This document shows, in pieces, positions 39,418-46,807 of a stretch of 49,035 nt of DNA (within the stretch, counting starts at the first letter, position 1; each line of letters opens with the position of its first letter). This DNA comes from a virus (lineage: Duplodnaviria; Caudoviricetes). The position numbers were made by a program, and so were the translations under genes. The DNA lies in the IMG/VR virus record IMGVR_UViG_3300025646_000063, positions 1 through 49,035 of that record, one strand, 5' to 3'. The notes beneath the pieces were generated by a model. That model was not told the DNA's origin, ran no database searches, and worked only from the letters and a program-made list of their open reading frames with translations.

Positions 39418-40648
39418 GTTTGTTCTTTTTTTATTTTTTTCTCAAAGTGCAATAGCCGACACATTAATAAAAACAGGATGTTCTAAAAACTATCCCGGCG
39501 TTCAATGGTTTATTTACGAAGACGTTGATGGCAACCGCTACTCAACAAAAGATCCTAGATCTTGGGAATGCGGTTTTCGTCGTTATATGAATTTAACGAT
39601 GGAAAAAGAAGCGGGGGATAGATTTCACCCCGCCATAATTAACGTAGATTACAAAGACATGCTGGGCCGTGAAGAGCCTTGGGGCATGATTCACCACAAA
39701 ACCACTATTGGCCGCGCGGAACGAGAAGGTTGTTGTACCGTAAAAATCTACGGGGATGGCCGGGTCGGAGAAGGCGTCTTTACGTTAGGTGTAACAGAAA
39801 TCCAATATCATATACAAGAAGAGCCACGTTGCCCTAAAGACGCAAATCTAGATTGCATGGGTTATCACTTTAAAGGACCCACTAACGGCTTCATTTATTA
39901 TGGGGAAGAGGATGAAACCACGGTGACGTGGGAACTCGGTGTATTAGTATATGCCTCCCACTCCAAATACGGCAAAGACACGCCCATAGAACTCATGCGG
40001 GAATACCCGGAAGCGTGGAATAAATGGCAAAAAAGAGTGGATCAATACAATGAGATTTATGAAAAGTCTGGCGTTTATGTTAGATATGAACTGAAAGAAC
40101 TGTGGCTTTCACACTACCACAAACTGAAAGACGTAGAGCGCCAAGCTAATCAGCTTTCGGTAGATGTTGTATTGGCTCATGGCACGTCTTATCCAGACAC
40201 GTGTGGGGTGGCTCATCCTAATAGAAGTTTTAAAAAAGACGCTCCTCCGGTTTCTATGTCTCGTTGTACTATCTATACAGATTTGCACGAAATCGGACAT
40301 TCAGTAGGCTTGGCCCACGGCCCAGAGAATCAATATAACGAAGCCTCCGGTTATATCTTCCCCGAGTTTGGGCATGGTTGGAATGACATCTGTGGCGTCA
40401 ACGACGACATCATGTCTTACGGCTTTAACGGAAACTACCTCACAAACTCTGACTTGATGTGTGCCGATATATTTTCTTTTTCTGGACTAACGCCAGCAGG
40501 ATATAGAGACATGACAGACACGGCCTACGCGCTCAACCGGGTTAGATATGACGTAGCTCTAATCAATAACGACGAGTTTGAAGAAGAGGGCGTTTTAAGG
40601 GCGGTTGAGGTAAAAGCGCGCAGAATTAGGGAAGTAATTATAGATTAA
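39392..40648 (+). CDS. Secreted zinc metalloprotease (metzincin, reprolysin-like)
   Basis: Signal peptide ending SAIA; HEIGHSVGLAH zinc motif; CGVA upstream; DIMSY Met-turn. Confidence 0.8.
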   Translation: MQRFLQTSKFVLFLFFSQSAIADTLIKTGCSKNYPGVQWFIYEDVDGNRYSTKDPRSWECGFRRYMNLTMEKEAGDRFHPAIINVDYKDMLGREEPWGMIHHKTTIGRAEREGCCTVKIYGDGRVGEGVFTLGVTEIQYHIQEEPRCPKDANLDCMGYHFKGPTNGFIYYGEEDETTVTWELGVLVYASHSKYGKDTPIELMREYPEAWNKWQKRVDQYNEIYEKSGVYVRYELKELWLSHYHKLKDVERQANQLSVDVVLAHGTSYPDTCGVAHPNRSFKKDAPPVSMSRCTIYTDLHEIGHSVGLAHGPENQYNEASGYIFPEFGHGWNDICGVNDDIMSYGFNGNYLTNSDLMCADIFSFSGLTPAGYRDMTDTAYALNRVRYDVALINNDEFEEEGVLRAVEVKARRIREVIID

Positions 40649-40654
40649 CGCCGG

Positions 40655-40683
40655 TTGCTTGAGGCTACGACTGTCCGTATACT
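40655..40683 (+). promoter_or_regulatory. sigma70 promoter
   Basis: TTGCTT - 17 bp - TATACT. Confidence 0.65.
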
Positions 40684-40710
40684 CTCTTATACCAAACTAG
40701 GAGAAGTGTA

Positions 40711-40941
40711 ATGGACACTACCAAATGGAAATCCGTGCTGTTGCCGCGTGACGTTTATGAAGAGCTTGTAGTGATTGCTCGCGTTGAAGGGCGTACAATT
40801 AGTGGACAGCTTCGTTATATTCATGAGGGCTGGAAGATGGCTAATCTGTCAGACGGCGATCAGGAATATATTGCGGAGCAAGTAGATTCGTTCAAAAAGG
40901 AGAATGGCGTAGACCTTACGTCAAAAAGCTTTTCAATATGA
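40711..40941 (+). CDS. Ribbon-helix-helix (Arc-like) DNA-binding protein (putative)
   Basis: WKSVLL..DVYEEL..IA..EGRTISGQL pattern; AGGAG RBS. Confidence 0.65.
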   Translation: MDTTKWKSVLLPRDVYEELVVIARVEGRTISGQLRYIHEGWKMANLSDGDQEYIAEQVDSFKKENGVDLTSKSFSI

Positions 40942-41117
40942 GTCAATTTACAACCATGCAGGCGGAGTTTGACAAGGCGTTGAGAAAGCTTGAAAAAGCC
41001 TACGAAAGCGGCGACAAAATTAATCGATCTGACTTCGACAAACTGCATATGTGGCATGAATTTCTCAAAACCAAGTTAGACGCGGAGAGAGAAAAAAATG
41101 CCCGAGAAGTCGGATAA
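40938..41117 (+). CDS. Hypothetical protein, 59 aa (absent from the ORF track)
   Basis: ATGA overlap; MSQFTTMQAEFDKALRKLEK... Confidence 0.55.
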   Translation: MSQFTTMQAEFDKALRKLEKAYESGDKINRSDFDKLHMWHEFLKTKLDAEREKNAREVG

Positions 41118-41337
41118 CGTTAATTGTCCCTCGCACTACAACCAAGGTGCGGTGGAATGTATTGACGCCATCAAAGCAAGCTTGACCCAAGAAGGGTTTC
41201 GGGCATATCTCAAGGCGTCTTCAATGAAATATCTTTGGCGCTATGAGCATAAAGGAAAACCGTTAGAGGATCTGAGGAAAGCAGAATGGTTTCTGGGACG
41301 TTTGATAGACGAACTGGTACATGGTGGTTTGGAATAG
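41098..41337 (+). CDS. DUF3310-family phage protein
   Basis: DNVN.PSHY..G.VECIDAI...KYLWR..HKG...EDL.KA.W.L. Confidence 0.85.
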   Translation: MPEKSDNVNCPSHYNQGAVECIDAIKASLTQEGFRAYLKASSMKYLWRYEHKGKPLEDLRKAEWFLGRLIDELVHGGLE

Positions 41338-41480
41338 CTAACGAAGATGTAAAGATTGCCATACAGGCCGCGCATCAAAGCGCCAACCGCTTACAAAAGC
41401 CCATAGCCATTCAATCCGACCTGTCGGTTGTGCCCGCCGATCAAGCCACCAAAGAAGTGCTTGAAATCGTCCGACCGTAG
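41286..41480 (+). CDS. Hypothetical protein (start uncertain)
   Basis: AIQ.DLSVV...LEIVRP; overlaps the DUF3310 gene. Confidence 0.45.
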   Translation: MVSGTFDRRTGTWWFGIANEDVKIAIQAAHQSANRLQKPIAIQSDLSVVPADQATKEVLEIVRP

Positions 41481-41489
41481 TGTTAATTT
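41461..41489 (+). promoter_or_regulatory. sigma70 promoter of the putative sRNA
   Basis: TTGAAA (41461) - 17 bp - TAATTT (41484) with extended -10 TG. Confidence 0.6.
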
Positions 41490-41495
41490 GAGGGC

Positions 41496-41605
41496 GTGAC
41501 ATGTTCTCATGCGTGTCACTCCTAAAACGTTTGATTAGGGTTAATGTTAGACTCCCAAAGTGAACATACTCCTAACCCGGCCCCGCGCAATGCGGGGCTT
41601 TTTTT
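41496..41605 (+). ncRNA. Putative trans-acting anti-RBS small RNA (~110 nt)
   Basis: Own promoter and terminator, 5' hairpin GTGACATG/CGTGTCAC, three ACTCC anti-SD tracts, seed ACTCCCAAAGTG complementary to three early-gene RBSs. Confidence 0.6.
41580..41605 (+). terminator. Rho-independent terminator
   Basis: GCCCCGC-GCAAT-GCGGGGC-T7. Confidence 0.9.
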
Positions 41606-41660
41606 GCGCTCTTGCTTTTCATATGTTATTTTATCCAACTAATTCAGATGGGGCGCATAC

Positions 41661-42461
41661 GTGCAGTTAATCGACGCGATTGATATGGGGACAGTGAAAA
41701 CCTACAAGAACGAACGCCGATGCTACATAGGCGCAAGTAATGTAGGTAATCCCTGCCACGCCTTTCTTCAGTACAGCCTGCGCGGCTACCCACAAAACCT
41801 CCCACCACCCGCAGTCATGCGGATCTTCGCCCTCGGCCACTATCTGGAAGAAGTGGTTGTTGAAGACCTGAAGATGGCGGGCGTTTACGTTCAGGAGGTT
41901 AACCCAAAGACCGGGAAACAATGGACGTACACGGCCCTCGGTGGACACCTACGCGGCCACGCCGACGGCGTCATCAACAACGGCGAATCGATGCAGATCC
42001 TTGAGATTAAGTCGATGAACGAAAAGAAATGGCGCACCTTTAAAAACTTGGGGATCGAAAAAAGTCATCCAATCTACTACGACCAGATGCAACTCCTCAT
42101 GGGGCTGTCTGGCTTTACATCCGCATGGATGGTGGCGTACAACAAAAACACCTCCGTGTACCACGCACAGAACGTCCCTTTCGACGCACCACGGTTCAAG
42201 GACCTGATGCGTAAATCCCTCTCCGTGGTCCGTGGCTCGTCCACTACTCGCATCTCAGATACCCCTGATTGCTTTGAGTGCAAGTACTGTAACTACAAGC
42301 CACACTGCTGGCCCGACGGCGAACAACCTCTCCCGCTCTCCGTCGAGTGCCGCACCTGTCGTCACGCCAAGCCGACAGCGAAACGCAAGTGGTATTGTAC
42401 GCTACACAAGTCACGGGCCACGGACCCCTGTTCACAATGGTCAAAGTTGCAACCGGAATGA
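41661..42461 (+). CDS. Cas4-like PD-(D/E)XK exonuclease with extra C-terminal Cys/His cluster
   Basis: IGAS.VG.PC, GH, GHADG, LEIKS, Q.Q, CKYC..K.HC; then CRTC...C..H...C. Confidence 0.8.
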   Translation: MQLIDAIDMGTVKTYKNERRCYIGASNVGNPCHAFLQYSLRGYPQNLPPPAVMRIFALGHYLEEVVVEDLKMAGVYVQEVNPKTGKQWTYTALGGHLRGHADGVINNGESMQILEIKSMNEKKWRTFKNLGIEKSHPIYYDQMQLLMGLSGFTSAWMVAYNKNTSVYHAQNVPFDAPRFKDLMRKSLSVVRGSSTTRISDTPDCFECKYCNYKPHCWPDGEQPLPLSVECRTCRHAKPTAKRKWYCTLHKSRATDPCSQWSKLQPE

Positions 42462-42689
42462 AACTTCCCCCTGAAAGAATTACGCGGGCTAGGTTGATTC
42501 GTTGCGAGATTGAATTAGACGAAATCCATAGACTTACTTATGAGGACCGCTACTCTTGCATAATTCCTCAACCTCGATTCATAAGTAAAAAATCGTGGGA
42601 ACGGCATAGAAAAAACCAAATTTTAAGTTTAAAAAAACGCCATCGTTATTTGAAGGAGGCTCTTCATGGCTAAGTTGCAACCGGAATGA
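42444..42689 (+). repeat. 18-bp direct repeat pair AAGTTGCAACCGGAATGA
   Basis: Exact copies at 42444-42461 and 42672-42689. Confidence 0.9.
42458..42673 (+). CDS. Hypothetical basic protein, AT-rich
   Basis: ATG lies within the first 18-bp repeat; ORF is enclosed by the repeat pair. Confidence 0.5.
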   Translation: MKLPPERITRARLIRCEIELDEIHRLTYEDRYSCIIPQPRFISKKSWERHRKNQILSLKKRHRYLKEALHG

Positions 42690-42691
42690 CT

Positions 42692-42859
42692 ATGAGCGGA
42701 GACATTTGTTGGTGGTGTCGCGGAAAGCTGATATGGGGCGGCGACCATGACGTAGAAGACGACGACCATTTTGACATGTCTACAAACCTGACCTGCTCCG
42801 ACTGCGGCGCACACGTTATTTATTACCGACCCACTGAGGAGGAAAACCCTGATGGCTAA
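42692..42859 (+). CDS. Zinc-ribbon protein, 55 aa (absent from the ORF track)
   Basis: CWWC..LIWGGDHD...TNLTC..CGA. Confidence 0.7.
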   Translation: MSGDICWWCRGKLIWGGDHDVEDDDHFDMSTNLTCSDCGAHVIYYRPTEEENPDG

Positions 42860-43106
42860 CAAAAAACGCCGCGCCCGTGGCAAAGACGGACGATTTATCG
42901 CGGACAATCCTGAGACAGAAGTGAACGAAGCGTGGGAACAGCCGCAGAACGCTAGCGTGTCCATAACCGCGCCCGCCGCCGCAAAAGGCGACTCATCCAA
43001 AAAACTCCACCGTATCGCAGAGCCAGAAAAAAGCCTAATGGGTTGGCAAGGATACTTCGCGTTGTTTGTAATTTTATTAATTATGTCCTTGATCGGTTTG
43101 ACTTAA
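42852..43106 (+). CDS. Membrane-anchored protein
   Basis: GAGGAGG RBS; RARGKDGRFIAD.P.T..NEAW N-terminus; C-terminal TM helix. Confidence 0.65.
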   Translation: MANKKRRARGKDGRFIADNPETEVNEAWEQPQNASVSITAPAAAKGDSSKKLHRIAEPEKSLMGWQGYFALFVILLIMSLIGLT

Positions 43107-43146
43107 TCAAGTATACCTACCCCCACTCGCATGTGGGGGCAGGCGA

Positions 43147-43653
43147 TTGGATCGACTAACTTGCAAATTATGCAAGAAAAGAAAATCTAAAAAACATTTT
43201 GGCGCGCGCTACCATAAGACAGGGTCATACCAAAACGGTAAACCCGTCTGTGTCGAGTGTGATGCCAAAATTCAAGTCGATTCCGTCTACAAAAGCCCCC
43301 GCAACTACCTCTCTTCCCGCTTCCGGGACATGCGTACCCGATCCAGACGCTACGACATAGAACTCGACGAACAAGTAAACGTAGACTATCTAATGCACCT
43401 GTTTGAAAAACAAAACGGGTTTTGTGCCGTGTCCGGCCTACCTATGACATGGATGCACGAAGGACTGTACACAAACCACGGCTCACGGCGCGGGACCAAC
43501 ATTTCTGTTGACAGAATTGATCCTGAAGCAGGTTATGTCCTCGACAACATTCGACTCGTTTGCGACCGCGTCAATAAAATGCGGTCCAATATGACCGACG
43601 GCGACCTTTATTTTTGGTGTACCGTACTCGCAAAAGCCCTCAGAACAAACTAA
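43147..43653 (+). CDS. HNH-like endonuclease
   Basis: CKLC/CVEC zinc finger; Q.G.CA.SG, SVDRID...GY...NI.LVC..VN.M; TTG start. Confidence 0.7.
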   Translation: MDRLTCKLCKKRKSKKHFGARYHKTGSYQNGKPVCVECDAKIQVDSVYKSPRNYLSSRFRDMRTRSRRYDIELDEQVNVDYLMHLFEKQNGFCAVSGLPMTWMHEGLYTNHGSRRGTNISVDRIDPEAGYVLDNIRLVCDRVNKMRSNMTDGDLYFWCTVLAKALRTN

Positions 43654-43832
43654 TCCTGCTTCAGCCTGCGCGCCGCCTGTTCTATCAATTTCAACCGCCC
43701 CGCATAAAACGATTCGTCTTCTTCCTCAACCTCTGGCTCTTCCACGGGTTTCTCAGCACCATTGAAATCAAGCTCAAGCTCTTCTTCCAAATCATCTAGA
43801 ACCAAATCGTCCCAATCATCATCCCGGCTCAT
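43650..43832 (-). CDS. Hypothetical very acidic protein
   Basis: 60 aa D/E-rich; overlaps the upstream minus-strand ORF. Confidence 0.55.
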   Translation of the reverse strand: MSRDDDWDDLVLDDLEEELELDFNGAEKPVEEPEVEEEDESFYAGRLKLIEQAARRLKQD

Positions 43833-44088
43833 TATTCTTCCATTCCTCCACGCTAATTACCCAATCCATGGGTATCGCAATCTCCGCGTCCCCCTCTTCC
43901 ACTTCACCCCTGTCATTTAACAAAACGTGCGGACACAGCAAAAGACGCCGCTCGTCCTGATGAAGTATCACGCCCATAGATAACACCGACGCCTCTTTCG
44001 TCTCCTTCATCTCCTCAACCGAACGCCAACCCACACGGCTCCCGCCACACGCATCACGCCACTTGACCAAAAAAAGTCTCGGCATCAT
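43819..44088 (-). CDS. Conserved phage hypothetical protein
   Basis: V.W.DA....W...S.G.....IP..WV pattern. Confidence 0.6.
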   Translation of the reverse strand: MMPRLFLVKWRDACGGSRVGWRSVEEMKETKEASVLSMGVILHQDERRLLLCPHVLLNDRGEVEEGDAEIAIPMDWVISVEEWKNNEPG

Positions 44089-44166
44089 CTTGCTATCCCC
44101 CAGATATAAGATAGAGTTAGTCCTTCTATTGAAGTAGACTACTACAGTCCGCCGGGAGAGTCTGAT

Positions 44167-44427
44167 ATGGGATTGGCAATTGATTCAGAAAAAAGAGTAG
44201 ACGCCGCCAAACTACTGGAAAGTAGCGAGAGCTTCCGCGAATTCGTAGCCAATGCCCTGCAAAACGACATCTGGATGGGCGACGAACAAAGCAAGCACAT
44301 GATGGAAACCCTGATGGCCGACGACGAACATGAGTTTGTGATGGCCCTGTGCCAAATCGGATTCATCGTCTACACCGATTACCTCATCGAAACCCGCGAC
44401 CAGTTCAAGCACAAGAGCTTCCACTAA
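44167..44427 (+). CDS. Hypothetical protein
   Basis: GGGAGAG RBS; acidic, helical. Confidence 0.6.
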   Translation: MGLAIDSEKRVDAAKLLESSESFREFVANALQNDIWMGDEQSKHMMETLMADDEHEFVMALCQIGFIVYTDYLIETRDQFKHKSFH

Positions 44428-44597
44428 TGAGACACTGCTACGTCTGCAACCGATGCGGGGTGCCCATCAACAACGCCCTCTGCGACCAATGCCACAAAGA
44501 CCGCAAGGACAAACCCGTCAAAATGCAAATCGCTGAACACTTCGTCGCCCTCTTCGTCATGTCCGTACTCACCGCCTACGTCTACTTCTACCTATGA
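44427..44597 (+). CDS. Small Cys-rich membrane protein
   Basis: TAATG coupling; CNRC...CDQC and a C-terminal TM helix. Confidence 0.55.
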   Translation: MRHCYVCNRCGVPINNALCDQCHKDRKDKPVKMQIAEHFVALFVMSVLTAYVYFYL

Positions 44598-44737
44598 GCG
44601 ACCGCACAGGTGAACTGCTCGTCGGGGCGGCGAAAGTCATGGCAGGGATACTCATTATCCTTATAGCATCATGCACCATCGTCACCTCACACGACCCTCA
44701 ATGGGAATGGCCCCGAGACTTGGAGCAGGGAGAATAG
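44594..44737 (+). CDS. Small membrane protein or lipoprotein, 47 aa (absent from the ORF track)
   Basis: ATGA overlap; VMAGILIILIASC hydrophobic segment. Confidence 0.5.
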   Translation: MSDRTGELLVGAAKVMAGILIILIASCTIVTSHDPQWEWPRDLEQGE

Positions 44738-44739
44738 AC

Positions 44740-44765
44740 CACGGGCCACGTATCACGGACCACGG
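44740..44765 (+). repeat. 4x heptamer array CACG(G/T)NN
   Basis: CACGG gc CACGT at CACGG ac CACGG. Confidence 0.85.
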
Positions 44766-44767
44766 GT

Positions 44768-45030
44768 CTTAATTTCGCTATCTATATAGTGTTTTCCCAG
44801 AGAAATAAAAAAATAAAAAATAAATTCTAAATAGCCGTTACCGGCGTTACCGCGTTACCTTGCCCTGAAAGCCGCATAAACACTGGGTTTTGTCGTAACA
44901 CGTGGGTAACGTGGGTATACACCACTTATGTTCAAGCTTGTTAATCAAGCTATCCATATTAGGGGCCTCACGATTCAAAAAAAATATTTTTATTTTTCTG
45001 GAAAATATATATATAGGGAGCCAAATTAAG
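44768..45030. other. Large imperfect palindrome, candidate replication origin
   Basis: ~47-bp AT-rich inverted arms (44768-44814 and 44984-45030) enclosing CGTTACC x3 and opposing GTAAC copies. Confidence 0.6.
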
Positions 45031-45070
45031 GTATGGTTAGCCGGACTTACTCACATACCGAGGTACTCCT

Positions 45071-45718
45071 GTGACAAAGAAAGCCAAGCGGTACGCCAAG
45101 GTGCTGGACACCAAGGCGGCGGCACTTCCTGAAGCAAAACGACAGCAAACCAACCGTCCGCCACTGGCACAAAAGCGTTTGACCAGAAGGCAGGAGCTTT
45201 TTGTCCGCGAACTTGTGTCAAAAGATGGACAGATCACAATGCGGGAAGCGGCGATTAACGCAGGCTATCCTGAACGGTCTGCCCATGTCAGGGCTTCTGA
45301 ACTCACCAATCCCCGAATCCACCCTCATGTCTGCCGCGCGATCCGTGAATACAGGCAGGAGCTTGACGAAAAGTATGGCGTGGAATACCAGAGGCATCTC
45401 AGGGATCTCCAGATCATCCGTGACGCGGCGTTAGAGAATGGTGCGTACAGTGCCGCAGTGCAGGCGGAATATCGCCGTGGTCAGGCACAGGGAGACATCT
45501 ACGTCAATAAAACGGAGATACGTCACGGCACTATTGATCAAATGAGCAAGGAAGAGGTCATGAAGGCCTTGAACGAACTCAAGCAGACATACGCCCCGTT
45601 GACACATGATGCGGGAGCCGAGGACGGTGGGAACAGAAAGCGGGCGCGTGAGCGGTTAGCCGAGGATGTGATCGATGGACATATTGGAAACGAAGGCGAA
45701 GCCGAAGAAACAGCGTGA
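45071..45718 (+). CDS. terS: Terminase small subunit
   Basis: LT.RQE.FV.E....EAAINAGY..SA...ASEL; GAGG RBS with GTG start. Confidence 0.8.
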   Translation: MTKKAKRYAKVLDTKAAALPEAKRQQTNRPPLAQKRLTRRQELFVRELVSKDGQITMREAAINAGYPERSAHVRASELTNPRIHPHVCRAIREYRQELDEKYGVEYQRHLRDLQIIRDAALENGAYSAAVQAEYRRGQAQGDIYVNKTEIRHGTIDQMSKEEVMKALNELKQTYAPLTHDAGAEDGGNRKRARERLAEDVIDGHIGNEGEAEETA

Positions 45719-46106
45719 AGCCAGCTTTTGGCAATCGTTGAAGAAAGCGATTCGAGATAACTGTCCTGATTGGTCTGCCACGCGGTTGGAGTCTAGGGCC
45801 ACGTTGGGTGTGCCGGATGTCCTGATCATGGACGGTAAGGGCGCTTGGCACATGGTGGAGTTGAAGACCACGCAGAATATGTCGGTGGACATCACGCCTC
45901 ATCAGGTGGCGTTTGCTACTAAACACGCGCGGGGCAGTTGCTGGATTGCGGTGAAGCTTTGTACGCCTACCGGCAATGAAATCTTTCTGTACCGTGGCGA
46001 CCGTGCGGTAGACTTGAAGATGGACGGATTGCGCGCCACCCCCACTAAACATTTCAGCCATCCTGTTTCGTACCGGAGTGTTCTTCACGCTATTGCCACT
46101 ATGTGA
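45675..46106 (+). CDS. PD-(D/E)XK nuclease / Holliday junction resolvase (VRR-NUC-like)
   Basis: E..FW, RLES...GVPDV, VELK, .PHQ.AF. Confidence 0.75.
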   Translation: MDILETKAKPKKQREASFWQSLKKAIRDNCPDWSATRLESRATLGVPDVLIMDGKGAWHMVELKTTQNMSVDITPHQVAFATKHARGSCWIAVKLCTPTGNEIFLYRGDRAVDLKMDGLRATPTKHFSHPVSYRSVLHAIATM

Positions 46107-46121
46107 GTTATCCCATACTAT
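46093..46121 (+). promoter_or_regulatory. sigma70 promoter with inverted-repeat operator in the spacer
   Basis: TTGCCA - 17 bp - TACTAT; TATGTGAGT|TATCCCATA at 46100-46117. Confidence 0.65.
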
Positions 46122-46159
46122 GGTGGTGGGCATGTGCCCTGATTAACGGAGAACGAAAC

Positions 46160-46450
46160 ATGAGACTTGAATTTGCATTGGCGATTCTGGCGAAAGAGAT
46201 GGCTTTTTCTGCGGATGCTTTTTTCGATAAAGAATCAGAAATTTACCGAGACATCTGGGAAGCCATTGAAACGGTGAAACGGGTGACTACTTCACGGTTG
46301 ATAGAAGAACTCGTCGAGCATGAAGAGCAGAATGATCAACCCGCTCATTTAGAAAGCCTGAAGATACATTGGCGTAGGCAGGGTTTTACTGATCTGGTAC
46401 AGGAGTATTGCGACTATTTTCCCGCTTCAGATCGGGAGGCTTTGTCATGA
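46160..46450 (+). CDS. Hypothetical early protein
   Basis: GGAG RBS, ATG at 46160. Confidence 0.6.
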   Translation: MRLEFALAILAKEMAFSADAFFDKESEIYRDIWEAIETVKRVTTSRLIEELVEHEEQNDQPAHLESLKIHWRRQGFTDLVQEYCDYFPASDREALS

Positions 46451-46704
46451 GAGAACTAAGATTACCGGTGTGGACCGTGGTGTGCGGCGAGCGGTGCAGG
46501 TGGTTTCCTGACCATGCCTCTGCAAAGGAGTTTGCTAATAACGAGTGGGACAAAGAAGCGGACGGTGTGCCCTTTGTCGAATCGAAAACCATTTGGGATG
46601 TGGAAGAGATCTGCGAGATTCTGAACAACATTGAATCGTTTGCGGACAACGCACCGGTTAAGGGGGAGCTTCGACTAAGTGTTTTTACTAATCGGATGGC
46701 TTGA
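46447..46704 (+). CDS. Hypothetical early protein
   Basis: GGGAGG RBS, ATGA overlap. Confidence 0.6.
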   Translation: MRELRLPVWTVVCGERCRWFPDHASAKEFANNEWDKEADGVPFVESKTIWDVEEICEILNNIESFADNAPVKGELRLSVFTNRMA

Positions 46705-46807
46705 AAAACGAATGCGGACGCCGGATTTTGAAGAAAAACAGCAACCGTATTTCCGATATCCGATGCCCGATCCTTATCACGGTTTTTTTGAAAAGAGGGA
46801 AATTGAA

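Noticed and set aside
41501-41563. 20-codon ORF MFSCVSLLKRLIRVNVRLPK inside the putative sRNA
   Set aside because: Its SD-like GAGGG lies upstream of the predicted TSS and the ATG is buried in the 5' hairpin; not fully excluded
41481-42461. CRISPR mini-array next to the Cas4-like gene
   Set aside because: No repeat-spacer periodicity; only short ACTCC tracts
44902-45132. 76-aa ORF across the palindromic element
   Set aside because: No RBS, runs through low-complexity A/T tracts and overlaps terS out of frame
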